From: Escherichia coli
Lineage (GTDB): Bacteria; Pseudomonadota; Gammaproteobacteria; Enterobacterales; Enterobacteriaceae
Assembly (NCBI RefSeq): GCF_030013205.1
Contig: NZ_CP122648.1
Strand: one strand, 5' to 3'
Length of the DNA: 64,000 bases
Shown here: positions 51,348 through 64,000 of the stretch, in pieces
How positions within the stretch are numbered: the stretch's first letter is position 1
Layout: each line of letters starts with the position of its first letter
Program-made: the position numbers and the translations under genes
Notes under the pieces: generated by a model
Seen by the model: only the letters and a program-made list of their open reading frames with translations
Databases searched by the model: none
What the model was told of the DNA's origin: nothing

Positions 51348-53282
51348 ATGGCGAAAAACCTAATACTCTGGCTGGTCATTGCCGTTGTGCTGATGTCAGT
51401 ATTCCAGAGCTTTGGGCCCAGCGAGTCTAATGGCCGTAAGGTGGATTACTCTACCTTCCTACAAGAGGTCAATAACGACCAGGTTCGTGAAGCGCGTATC
51501 AACGGACGTGAAATCAACGTTACCAAGAAAGATAGTAACCGTTATACCACTTACATTCCGGTTCAGGATCCGAAATTACTGGATAACCTGTTGACCAAGA
51601 ACGTCAAGGTTGTCGGTGAACCGCCTGAAGAACCAAGCCTGCTGGCTTCTATCTTCATCTCCTGGTTCCCGATGCTGTTGCTGATTGGTGTCTGGATCTT
51701 CTTCATGCGTCAAATGCAGGGCGGCGGTGGCAAAGGTGCCATGTCGTTTGGTAAGAGCAAAGCGCGCATGCTGACGGAAGATCAGATCAAAACGACCTTT
51801 GCTGACGTTGCGGGCTGCGACGAAGCAAAAGAAGAAGTTGCTGAACTGGTTGAGTATCTGCGCGAGCCGAGCCGCTTCCAGAAACTCGGCGGTAAGATCC
51901 CGAAAGGCGTCCTGATGGTCGGTCCTCCGGGTACCGGTAAAACGCTGCTGGCGAAAGCGATTGCAGGCGAAGCGAAAGTTCCGTTCTTTACTATCTCCGG
52001 TTCTGACTTCGTCGAAATGTTCGTCGGTGTGGGTGCATCCCGTGTTCGTGACATGTTCGAACAGGCGAAGAAAGCGGCACCGTGTATCATCTTTATCGAT
52101 GAAATCGACGCCGTAGGCCGCCAGCGTGGCGCAGGCCTGGGCGGTGGTCACGATGAACGTGAACAGACTCTGAACCAGATGCTGGTTGAGATGGATGGCT
52201 TCGAAGGTAACGAAGGTATCATCGTTATCGCCGCGACTAACCGTCCGGACGTTCTCGACCCGGCGCTGCTGCGTCCTGGCCGTTTCGACCGTCAGGTTGT
52301 GGTTGGTTTGCCAGATGTTCGCGGTCGTGAGCAGATCCTGAAAGTTCACATGCGTCGCGTACCATTGGCACCCGATATCGACGCGGCAATCATTGCCCGT
52401 GGTACTCCTGGTTTCTCCGGTGCTGACCTGGCGAACCTGGTGAACGAAGCGGCACTGTTCGCTGCTCGTGGCAACAAACGCGTTGTGTCGATGGTTGAAT
52501 TCGAGAAAGCGAAAGACAAAATCATGATGGGTGCGGAACGTCGCTCCATGGTGATGACGGAAGCGCAGAAAGAATCGACGGCTTACCACGAAGCGGGTCA
52601 CGCGATTATCGGTCGCCTGGTGCCGGAACACGATCCGGTGCACAAAGTGACGATTATCCCACGCGGTCGTGCGCTGGGTGTGACTTTCTTCTTGCCTGAG
52701 GGCGACGCAATCAGCGCCAGCCGTCAGAAACTGGAAAGCCAGATTTCTACGCTGTACGGTGGTCGTCTGGCAGAAGAGATCATCTACGGGCCGGAACATG
52801 TTTCTACCGGTGCGTCCAACGATATTAAAGTTGCGACCAACCTGGCACGTAACATGGTGACTCAGTGGGGCTTCTCTGAGAAATTGGGTCCACTGCTGTA
52901 CGCGGAAGAAGAAGGTGAAGTGTTCCTCGGCCGTAGCGTAGCGAAAGCGAAACATATGTCTGATGAAACTGCACGTATCATCGACCAGGAAGTGAAAGCA
53001 CTGATTGAGCGTAACTATAATCGTGCGCGTCAGCTTCTGACCGACAATATGGATATTCTGCATGCGATGAAAGATGCTCTCATGAAATATGAGACTATCG
53101 ACGCACCGCAGATTGATGACCTGATGGCACGTCGCGATGTACGTCCGCCAGCGGGCTGGGAAGAACCAGGCGCTTCTAACAATTCTGGCGACAATGGTAG
53201 TCCAAAGGCTCCACGTCCGGTTGATGAACCGCGTACGCCGAACCCGGGTAACACCATGTCAGAGCAGTTAGGCGACAAGTAA
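51348..53282 (+). CDS. ftsH: ATP-dependent zinc metalloprotease FtsH
   Basis: 644 aa from [20 protein letters not shown] (ATG three codons inside the TTG-initiated track ORF); Walker A GPPGTGKT and HEAGH zinc motif. Confidence 0.96.
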
Positions 53283-53313
53283 GTTCCCGCATCAGATGAC
53301 TGTATTTGTACCG

Positions 53314-53346
53314 AAAACCCCGGGGCGTGCTCCGGGGTTTTTTCTT
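53314..53346 (+). terminator. hairpin terminator/attenuator between ftsH and folP
   Basis: aaaaccccggggcgtgctccggggttttttctt. Confidence 0.65.
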
Positions 53347-53371
53347 ATCAATTCATACCAGGGATAACACC

Positions 53372-54220
53372 ATGAAACTCTTTGCCCAGGGCACTTCACT
53401 GGACCTTAGCCATCCTCACGTAATGGGGATCCTCAACGTCACGCCTGATTCCTTTTCGGATGGCGGCACGCATAACTCGCTGATAGATGCGGTGAAACAT
53501 GCGAATCTGATGATCAACGCTGGCGCGACGATCATTGACGTTGGTGGCGAGTCCACGCGCCCAGGAGCGGCGGAAGTTAGCGTTGAAGAAGAGTTGCAAC
53601 GTGTTATTCCTGTGGTTGAGGCAATTGCTCAACGCTTCGAAGTCTGGATCTCGGTCGATACATCCAAACCAGAAGTCATCCGTGAGTCAGCGAAAGTTGG
53701 CGCTCACATTATTAACGATATCCGCTCCCTTTCCGAACCAGGGGCTCTGGAGGCAGCTGCAGAAACCGGTTTACCGGTTTGTCTGATGCATATGCAGGGA
53801 AATCCAAAGACCATGCAGGAAGCCCCGAAGTATGACGATGTCTTTGCAGAAGTGAATCGCTATTTTATTGAGCAAATAGCACGTTGCGAGCAGGCGGGTA
53901 TCGCAAAAGAGAAATTGTTGCTCGACCCCGGATTCGGTTTCGGTAAAAATCTCTCCCATAACTATTCATTACTGGCGCGCCTGGCTGAATTTCACCATTT
54001 CAACCTGCCGCTGTTGGTGGGTATGTCACGAAAATCGATGATTGGGCAGCTGCTGAACGTGGGGCCGTCCGAGCGTCTGAGCGGTAGTCTGGCTTGTGCG
54101 GTCATTGCCGCTATGCAAGGCGCGCATATCATTCGTGTTCATGACGTCAAAGAAACCGTAGAAGCGATGCGGGTGGTGGAAGCCACTCTGTCTGCAAAGG
54201 AAAACAAACGCTATGAGTAA
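53372..54220 (+). CDS. folP: dihydropteroate synthase
   Basis: 282 aa from [32 protein letters not shown] (internal ATG). Confidence 0.96.
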
Positions 54221-55550
54221 TCGTAAATATTTCGGTACCGATGGGATTCGTGGTCGTGTAGGGGATGCGCCGATCACCCCTGATTTTGTGCTTAAGCTGG
54301 GTTGGGCCGCGGGTAAAGTGCTGGCGCGCCACGGCTCCCGTAAGATCATTATTGGTAAAGATACGCGTATTTCTGGCTATATGCTGGAGTCAGCACTGGA
54401 AGCGGGTCTGGCGGCTGCCGGTCTTTCCGCGCTCTTCACTGGCCCGATGCCAACACCGGCCGTGGCTTATCTGACGCGGACTTTCCGCGCAGAGGCTGGG
54501 ATTGTGATATCTGCATCGCATAACCCGTTCTACGATAATGGCATTAAATTTTTCTCTATCGACGGCACCAAACTGCCGGATGCAGTTGAAGAGGCCATCG
54601 AAGCGGAAATGGAAAAAGAGATCAGCTGCGTTGATTCGGCAGAACTGGGTAAAGCCAGCCGTATCGTTGATGCTGCGGGTCGCTATATCGAGTTTTGCAA
54701 AGCCACGTTCCCGAACGAACTTAGCCTCAGTGAACTGAAGATTGTGGTGGATTGTGCAAACGGTGCGACTTATCACATCGCGCCGAACGTGCTGCGTGAA
54801 CTGGGGGCGAACGTTATCGCTATCGGTTGTGAGCCGAACGGTGTAAACATCAATGCCGAAGTGGGGGCTACCGACGTTCGCGCTCTCCAGGCTCGTGTGC
54901 TGGCTGAAAAAGCGGATCTCGGTATTGCCTTCGACGGCGACGGCGATCGCGTGATTATGGTTGACCATGAAGGCAATAAAGTCGATGGCGATCAGATCAT
55001 GTATATCATCGCGCGTGAAGGTCTTCGTCAGGGCCAGCTGCGTGGTGGCGCTGTGGGTACATTGATGAGCAACATGGGGCTTGAACTGGCGCTGAAACAG
55101 TTAGGAATTCCATTTGCGCGTGCGAAAGTGGGTGACCGCTACGTACTGGAAAAAATGCAGGAGAAAGGCTGGCGTATCGGTGCAGAGAATTCCGGTCATG
55201 TGATCCTGCTGGATAAAACCACTACCGGTGACGGCATCGTTGCTGGCTTGCAGGTGCTGGCGGCGATGGCGCGTAACCATATGAGCCTGCACGATCTTTG
55301 CAGCGGCATGAAAATGTTCCCGCAGATTCTTGTTAACGTGCGTTACACCGCAGGTAGCGGCGATCCGCTGGAGCATGAATCAGTCAAAGCTGTGACCGCA
55401 GAAGTTGAAGCGGCGCTGGGTAGCCGTGGACGTGTGCTGTTGCGTAAATCCGGCACCGAACCGTTAATTCGCGTGATGGTGGAAGGTGAAGACGAAGCGC
55501 AGGTGACTGAATTTGCACACCGCATCGCTGATGCAGTAAAAGCCGTTTAA
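54213..55550 (+). CDS. glmM: phosphoglucosamine mutase
   Basis: 445 aa [18 protein letters not shown]...; active-site SASHNP; overlaps the folP 3' end by 8 nt. Confidence 0.97.
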   Translation: MSNRKYFGTDGIRGRVGDAPITPDFVLKLGWAAGKVLARHGSRKIIIGKDTRISGYMLESALEAGLAAAGLSALFTGPMPTPAVAYLTRTFRAEAGIVISASHNPFYDNGIKFFSIDGTKLPDAVEEAIEAEMEKEISCVDSAELGKASRIVDAAGRYIEFCKATFPNELSLSELKIVVDCANGATYHIAPNVLRELGANVIAIGCEPNGVNINAEVGATDVRALQARVLAEKADLGIAFDGDGDRVIMVDHEGNKVDGDQIMYIIAREGLRQGQLRGGAVGTLMSNMGLELALKQLGIPFARAKVGDRYVLEKMQEKGWRIGAENSGHVILLDKTTTGDGIVAGLQVLAAMARNHMSLHDLCSGMKMFPQILVNVRYTAGSGDPLEHESVKAVTAEVEAALGSRGRVLLRKSGTEPLIRVMVEGEDEAQVTEFAHRIADAVKAV

Positions 55551-55777
55551 AGCGTTATATAGCTGGCTAAAAAGGCGGCGATTGTCGCCTTTTTTCTCAG
55601 CGAACACATCGGTTTTGCTGTTTTTTTCCGCAGTTGATACAATGCGATAAAATTGCCCTTGCGAAGGTCATTCGCTTTGGTTAGTATTCACACCCGCTTC
55701 AGTGGGAAAGATTAAAAATTCCCGCTTTATTGGTTGAAGCATTGGTACGCGGCAACTCCGCAAGGAACAGGTTGATT

Positions 55778-56110
55778 ATGTACGAAGCTCTTTTAGTAGT
55801 TTTCCTTATTGTGGCAATTGGCCTTGTTGGTCTGATCATGCTGCAGCAAGGTAAAGGCGCTGATATGGGAGCCTCCTTCGGAGCAGGCGCTTCCGCTACG
55901 CTGTTTGGTTCAAGTGGTTCTGGTAACTTCATGACCCGCATGACGGCGCTGCTGGCAACGTTATTCTTCATCATCAGTCTGGTGCTGGGTAACATCAATA
56001 GCAATAAAACCAATAAAGGTAGCGAATGGGAAAACCTGAGTGCGCCGGCGAAAACCGAACAAACTCAGCCAGCTGCTCCGGCTAAGCCGACCAGCGATAT
56101 CCCGAACTAA
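55778..56110 (+). CDS. secG: protein translocase subunit SecG
   Basis: 110 aa from MYEALLVVFLIVAIGLVGLIMLQQGKGADMG (internal ATG). Confidence 0.96.
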   Translation: MYEALLVVFLIVAIGLVGLIMLQQGKGADMGASFGAGASATLFGSSGSGNFMTRMTALLATLFFIISLVLGNINSNKTNKGSEWENLSAPAKTEQTQPAAPAKPTSDIPN

Positions 56111-56124
56111 AAAGTAGTATCCGT

Positions 56125-56211
56125 GCCGAGGTGGTGGAATTGGTAGACACGCTACCTTGAGGTGGTAGTGCCCAATAGGGCTTACGGGTTCAAGTCCCGT
56201 CCTCGGTACCA
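56125..56211 (+). tRNA. leuU: tRNA-Leu (anticodon GAG)
   Basis: 87-nt gccgaggtggtggaattggtagacacgctaccttgaggtggtagtgcccaatagggcttacgggttcaagtcccgtcctcggtacca; long variable arm, anticodon loop cttGAGgt, 3' CCA encoded. Confidence 0.93.
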
Positions 56212-56217
56212 AATTCC

Positions 56218-56248
56218 AGAAAAGAGACGCTGAAAAGCGTCTTTTTTC
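56218..56248 (+). terminator. intrinsic terminator after secG-leuU
   Basis: agagacgctgaaaagcgtcttttttcg hairpin plus U-run. Confidence 0.7.
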
Positions 56249-56667
56249 GTTTTGGTCCTGGTCTGAGGAATGGTTGTCAGGTATCTGTATCTCGTCCAGT
56301 TGCTTTACTCGTAGCTGGTACTTTGAAACGATGGTATCGGTACGCCTTAGTTATAAACTTTTCCCTTCTGCTGACATAATTGGCACTTTATTGTGTCAAC
56401 TCCAGTTCCGGTACGAATACGGATATGTTTACTTCTCGATAAACCATCCTGCTCCTGTCAGTATAACTACTGATGGCTACGTTCTGCGTAATGTTTAGAG
56501 ACGCATTGATAATGTTATTTAATTACTGAGAACAATGGCCGCATCATTTAAAAAGAAAAAACTAACAGTGTTTCGGTCTGATATGGATCAGAGTTGAAAA
56601 ACATGTCTGATATAAAATTGAACATTGTTGATAATTGTTTATATTGGTTGTGAACTTGGATTTCTGG

Positions 56668-58293
56668 ATGACAGTATTCAACAAATTTGTTAGAAGTTTT
56701 AAATCTCATTGGTTGTTGTATCTTTGTGTTATTGTTTTTGGTATTACGAACTTAGTCGCCTCTTCCGGAGCGCATATGGTTCAGCGATTGCTGTTCTTCG
56801 TTCTGACCATCCTGGTTGTTAAACGTATATCATCCCTTTCGCTTCGCCTGCTTGTTGCCGCACCATTTGTGTTACTGACAGCGGCAGACATGAGTATTAG
56901 CCTCTATTCATGGTGTACCTTTGGTACAACTTTCAATGATGGATTTGCGATTAGCGTGCTGCAGAGTGATCCGGATGAAGTTGTCAAAATGCTGGGGATG
57001 TATATCCCTTATCTATGTGCTTTTGCCTTTTTATCCCTTCTTTTTTTTGCAGTAATAATAAAATATGATGTTTCCTTGCCGACGAAAAAAGTGACAGGAA
57101 TATTATTGCTGATTGTCATTTCGGGCAGTTTATTTTCCGCTTGTCAATTTGCTTATAAAGATGCAAAAAATAAAAAAGCGTTCAGTCCATATATACTAGC
57201 GTCGCGATTTGCTACCTATACACCGTTTTTCAATCTCAATTATTTTGCTTTAGCAGCGAAAGAGCATCAAAGATTACTCTCAATTGCAAACACGGTGCCG
57301 TATTTTCAATTATCAGTCAGGGATACAGGTATTGATACCTACGTGTTGATTGTGGGGGAGTCTGTACGTGTCGACAATATGTCTTTGTATGGATATACAC
57401 GCTCTACGACACCGCAAGTCGAAGCACAAAGAAAACAGATCAAACTGTTTAATCAAGCAATAAGCGGTGCACCTTACACTGCGCTGTCGGTTCCCCTTTC
57501 TTTAACTGCTGATTCTGTTTTGAGTCATGACATTCATAATTACCCGGACAACATTATTAATATGGCTAATCAAGCAGGATTTCAGACTTTCTGGCTAAGC
57601 TCGCAATCCGCTTTTCGGCAGAATGGTACAGCAGTTACCAGTATCGCCATGCGCGCCATGGAAACAGTCTATGTCAGAGGATTTGATGAATTGTTGTTGC
57701 CGCATTTATCGCAAGCGTTAAAGCAAAAGACGCAGCAAAAGAAACTGATTGTTCTTCATTTAAATGGAAGCCATGAACCGGCTTGTAGCGCCTATCCGCA
57801 ATCCAGCGCCGTGTTTCAACCGCAGGACGATCAGGATGCCTGCTATGACAACTCCATTCATTACACAGATAGTTTGCTAGGTCAGATTTTTGAATTATTA
57901 AAAGATCGCCGCGCCTCGGTCATGTATTTTGCCGACCACGGCCTGGAACGTGACCCTACGAAGAAGAACGTCTATTTTCATGGAGGCAGGGAGGCTAGCC
58001 AGCAGGCATATCATGTCCCGATGTTTATCTGGTATAGCCCCGTTCTTGGGGATGGCGTGGATCGCACAACGGAAAACAACATCTTTTCCACAGCTTACAA
58101 TAATTACCTGATTAATGCGTGGATGGGGGTAACAAAGCCGGAACAACCGAAAACGCTGGAGGAAGTGATTGCACACTATAAAGGAGACTCACGGGTTGTG
58201 GATGCAAACCATGATGTTTTCGATTATGTGATGCTCAGAAAGGAGTTTACAGAGGATAAGCAAGGTAACCCCACCCCTGAAGGGCAGGGTTGA
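56668..58293 (+). CDS. yhbX: putative phosphoethanolamine transferase (EptA-like sulfatase-family membrane protein) YhbX
   Basis: 541 aa from MTVFNKFVRSFKSHWLLYLCV (internal ATG); N-terminal TM segments, C-terminal sulfatase-like domain; visibly AT-rich compared with neighbours. Confidence 0.85.
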   Translation: MTVFNKFVRSFKSHWLLYLCVIVFGITNLVASSGAHMVQRLLFFVLTILVVKRISSLSLRLLVAAPFVLLTAADMSISLYSWCTFGTTFNDGFAISVLQSDPDEVVKMLGMYIPYLCAFAFLSLLFFAVIIKYDVSLPTKKVTGILLLIVISGSLFSACQFAYKDAKNKKAFSPYILASRFATYTPFFNLNYFALAAKEHQRLLSIANTVPYFQLSVRDTGIDTYVLIVGESVRVDNMSLYGYTRSTTPQVEAQRKQIKLFNQAISGAPYTALSVPLSLTADSVLSHDIHNYPDNIINMANQAGFQTFWLSSQSAFRQNGTAVTSIAMRAMETVYVRGFDELLLPHLSQALKQKTQQKKLIVLHLNGSHEPACSAYPQSSAVFQPQDDQDACYDNSIHYTDSLLGQIFELLKDRRASVMYFADHGLERDPTKKNVYFHGGREASQQAYHVPMFIWYSPVLGDGVDRTTENNIFSTAYNNYLINAWMGVTKPEQPKTLEEVIAHYKGDSRVVDANHDVFDYVMLRKEFTEDKQGNPTPEGQG

Positions 58294-58300
58294 TGTCGAA

Positions 58301-59659
<1,359 letters not shown>

Positions 59660-59695
59660 TTAATTAACTGATGATGAGCCTGGATTTCCGCTCTC

Positions 59696-59732
59696 ACTGA
59701 ATTTTTATGCAAAATAAATGAGTTTTCATTTA
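59696..59732 (-). promoter_or_regulatory. candidate tandem ARG boxes (ArgR operator) in the argG promoter
   Basis: actgaatttttatgcaaa and taaatgagttttcatttaa, two adjacent AT-rich near-palindromes resembling the TNTGAAT-W4-ATTCANW consensus, 50-90 bp upstream of argG. Confidence 0.55.
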
Positions 59733-59879
59733 ATCATCTTTTATCGGAGACAGGAAGAGTTTAGTGTGTTTTTTGTAAAATAATGCGCTTAAGGGAGAGC
59801 AGGAGAAGGCAAAAGTATTCAACAAATGAAAGTGAACTGGATATTCATTCACGTGATTAGCAATAAACGTTGACAAAAT

Positions 59880-59976
59880 GTGGCATGGATCACTATAATG
59901 CCTGCAGATTTTACGTCCCGTCTCGGTACACCAAATCCCAGCAGTATTTGCATTTTTTACCCAAAACGAGTAGAAT
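59880..59976 (+). promoter_or_regulatory. tandem sigma-70 promoters of the metY-rimP-nusA-infB operon
   Basis: TTGACA-18 bp-TATAAT at about 59880-59909, and TTGCAT-17 bp-TAGAAT at about 59948-59976 ending about 15 nt before the tRNA. Confidence 0.6.
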
Positions 59977-59991
59977 TTGCCACGTTTCAGG

Positions 59992-60068
<77 letters not shown>

Positions 60069-60182
60069 CTTTAGTCCTTTTTCAAATATACTGTGAAGAC
60101 TTCGGCCTTCGTAGTGGGATTTGAAAAAATCCTTCTGGAAAGTGCTCCAGACCGCAGTTGCGGTTATAGGGTTCAGTTATAT

Positions 60183-60210
60183 AAAGCCCCGATTTATCGG
60201 GGTTTTTTGT
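60183..60210 (+). terminator. intrinsic terminator/attenuator after metY
   Basis: aaagccccgatttatcggggttttttg. Confidence 0.7.
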
Positions 60211-60267
60211 TATCTGACTACAGAATAACTGGGCTTTAGGCCCTTTTTTTATGTCTTGGGGGTGGGC

Positions 60268-60720
60268 TTGTCCACATTAGAGCAAAAATTAACAGAGATG
60301 ATTACTGCGCCAGTTGAGGCCCTGGGTTTTGAACTGGTTGGCATCGAATTTATTCGCGGTCGCACATCCACACTGCGCATCTATATTGATAGTGAAGATG
60401 GCATCAATGTTGATGATTGTGCTGATGTGAGCCACCAGGTAAGTGCTGTGCTGGATGTTGAAGATCCCATCACCGTTGCTTATAACCTGGAAGTCTCCTC
60501 ACCGGGTCTCGATCGCCCACTGTTCACGGCTGAACACTACGCCCGTTTCGTCGGAGAAGAGGTGACTCTGGTTCTCCGCATGGCGGTACAAAACCGTCGT
60601 AAATGGCAGGGCGTTATCAAAGCGGTAGACGGTGAAATGATCACAGTTACCGTCGAAGGTAAAGATGAAGTGTTCGCGCTGAGTAATATCCAGAAGGCGA
60701 ACCTGGTTCCCCACTTTTAA
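60268..60720 (+). CDS. rimP: ribosome maturation factor RimP
   Basis: 150 aa if started at TTG (L)[24 protein letters not shown]; the track ORF begins 4 codons earlier at another TTG, so the start is uncertain. Confidence 0.88.
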
Positions 60721-60747
60721 TAGTCTGGATGAGGTGAAAAGCCCGCG

Positions 60748-62235
<1,488 letters not shown>

Positions 62236-62259
62236 TAAACTGTAGCAGGAAGGAACAGC

Positions 62260-64000
62260 ATGACAGATGTAACGATTAAAACGCTGGCCGCAGAGCGACA
62301 GACCTCCGTGGAACGCCTGGTACAGCAATTTGCTGATGCAGGTATCCGGAAGTCTGCTGACGACTCTGTGTCCGCACAAGAGAAACAGACTTTGATTGAC
62401 CACCTGAATCAGAAAAATTCAGGCCCGGACAAATTGACGCTGCAACGTAAAACACGCAGCACCCTTAACATTCCTGGTACCGGTGGAAAAAGCAAATCGG
62501 TACAAATCGAAGTCCGCAAGAAACGCACCTTTGTGAAACGCGATCCGCAAGAGGCTGAACGCCTTGCTGCGGAAGAGCAAGCCCGTCGTGAGGCAGAAGA
62601 ATCGGCTAAACGCGAGGCGCAACAAAAAGCTGAACGTGAGGCCGCAGAACAAGCTAAGCGTGAAGCTGCTGAACAAGCGAAACGTGAAGCTGCGGAAAAA
62701 GACAAAGTGAGCAATCAACAAGACGATATGACTAAAAACGCCCAGGCTGAAAAAGCCCGCCGTGAGCAGGAAGCTGCAGAGCTCAAGCGTAAAGCCGAAG
62801 AAGAAGCGCGTCGTAAACTCGAAGAAGAAGCACGTCGCGTTGCTGAAGAAGCACGTCGTATGGCGGAAGAAAACAAATGGACTGATAACGCGGAACCGAC
62901 TGAAGATTCCAGCGATTATCACGTCACTACTTCTCAACATGCTCGCCAGGCAGAAGACGAAAGCGATCGTGAAGTCGAAGGCGGCCGTGGCCGTGGTCGT
63001 AACGCGAAAGCTGCGCGTCCGAAGAAAGGCAACAAACACGCTGAATCAAAAGCTGATCGTGAAGAAGCACGCGCAGCAGTACGTGGCGGTAAGGGCGGAA
63101 AACGTAAAGGTTCTTCGCTGCAGCAAGGCTTCCAGAAGCCTGCTCAGGCCGTTAACCGTGACGTTGTGATCGGCGAAACCATCACCGTTGGCGAACTGGC
63201 GAACAAGATGGCGGTTAAAGGCTCTCAGGTCATCAAAGCGATGATGAAACTGGGCGCAATGGCAACCATCAACCAGGTTATCGATCAGGAAACCGCACAG
63301 CTGGTTGCTGAAGAGATGGGCCACAAAGTTATCCTGCGTCGTGAAAACGAGCTGGAAGAAGCGGTAATGAGCGACCGTGACACGGGTGCAGCGGCTGAAC
63401 CGCGCGCGCCGGTTGTGACCATCATGGGTCACGTTGACCACGGTAAAACCTCTCTGCTGGACTACATTCGTTCAACGAAAGTGGCCTCTGGCGAAGCGGG
63501 CGGTATTACCCAGCACATTGGTGCATACCACGTTGAAACTGAAAACGGCATGATCACCTTCCTGGACACCCCGGGGCACGCCGCGTTTACTTCAATGCGT
63601 GCTCGTGGTGCGCAGGCAACGGACATCGTAGTCCTGGTTGTTGCTGCCGACGACGGCGTAATGCCGCAGACCATCGAAGCAATCCAGCACGCGAAAGCGG
63701 CGCAGGTTCCGGTGGTCGTTGCAGTGAACAAGATCGATAAACCAGAAGCCGATCCGGATCGCGTTAAGAACGAACTCTCCCAGTACGGCATCTTGCCGGA
63801 AGAGTGGGGCGGTGAAAGCCAGTTCGTACATGTGTCTGCGAAAGCGGGTACTGGTATCGATGAGCTGCTGGACGCTATCCTGCTGCAGGCGGAAGTTCTG
63901 GAACTGAAAGCGGTACGTAAAGGCATGGCGAGCGGTGCGGTTATCGAATCCTTCCTCGATAAAGGTCGTGGTCCGGTTGCTACCGTTCTGGTACGTGAAG
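62260..64000 (+). CDS. infB: translation initiation factor IF-2 (5' part; truncated by the window end)
   Basis: open frame from ATG about 25 nt after the nusA stop, [32 protein letters not shown]..., through the G-domain motifs GHVDHGKTS and DTPGH to the last base; no stop in the window. Confidence 0.95.
   Translation, partial: MTDVTIKTLAAERQTSVERLVQQFADAGIRKSADDSVSAQEKQTLIDHLNQKNSGPDKLTLQRKTRSTLNIPGTGGKSKSVQIEVRKKRTFVKRDPQEAERLAAEEQARREAEESAKREAQQKAEREAAEQAKREAAEQAKREAAEKDKVSNQQDDMTKNAQAEKARREQEAAELKRKAEEEARRKLEEEARRVAEEARRMAEENKWTDNAEPTEDSSDYHVTTSQHARQAEDESDREVEGGRGRGRNAKAARPKKGNKHAESKADREEARAAVRGGKGGKRKGSSLQQGFQKPAQAVNRDVVIGETITVGELANKMAVKGSQVIKAMMKLGAMATINQVIDQETAQLVAEEMGHKVILRRENELEEAVMSDRDTGAAAEPRAPVVTIMGHVDHGKTSLLDYIRSTKVASGEAGGITQHIGAYHVETENGMITFLDTPGHAAFTSMRARGAQATDIVVLVVAADDGVMPQTIEAIQHAKAAQVPVVVAVNKIDKPEADPDRVKNELSQYGILPEEWGGESQFVHVSAKAGTGIDELLDAILLQAEVLELKAVRKGMASGAVIESFLDKGRGPVATVLVRE

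Noticed and set aside
51576-53063. 495-aa ORF on the minus strand
   Set aside because: Entirely antisense to ftsH, which is unambiguous; the stop-free antisense frame is a by-product of the codon bias of a highly expressed gene. No RBS or motif support.
56274-56498. 74-aa ORF in the AT-rich spacer between leuU and yhbX
   Set aside because: No convincing RBS, no recognisable motif, AT-rich low-complexity context; kept only as a note under the yhbX finding.

Overview
This window is a reverse-complemented, largely syntenic copy of the Escherichia coli core chromosome from mdh to infB; gene identities below are recognised from memory of E. coli K-12 proteins, not from any search. Gene order is: mdh, degS, degQ, zapG(yhcB), zapE, rplM-rpsI, sspAB, dcuD, nanR, nanATEK-yhcH, yhcG, gltDB, yhcC, arcB/ArcZ, elbB-mtgA, yrbL, npr-rapZ-ptsN-hpf-rpoN-lptBAC-kdsCD-yrbG, mlaFEDCB-ibaG-murA, sfsB, ispB, rplU-rpmA-yhbE-obgE, dacB, greA, yhbY, rlmE-ftsH-folP-glmM, secG-leuU, yhbX, argG, metY-rimP-nusA-infB (infB truncated at the window end). 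I found no CRISPR array, prophage or recognisable defence/toxin operon, and I cannot honestly point to a clearly novel multi-gene system here. The features that depart from the K-12 layout, and are most worth follow-up, are: (1) an IS200-like (IS200/IS605 family) insertion between the convergent mdh and degS genes; (2) a family of three long perfect palindromes in and just downstream of yhcG, two of them forming an in-frame 12-codon tandem duplication inside the gene; (3) gltD lying about 180 bp from yhcG, so that gltF and the yhcADEF fimbrial genes appear to be absent; (4) a visibly AT-rich yhbX gene beside tRNA-Leu; (5) a metY tRNA of the fMet1 type. CDS coordinates come from the supplied ORF track, trimmed to the recognised start codon; coordinates of RNA genes, sites, hairpins and palindromes were read by eye from the text and should be treated as accurate to about +/-2 nt.
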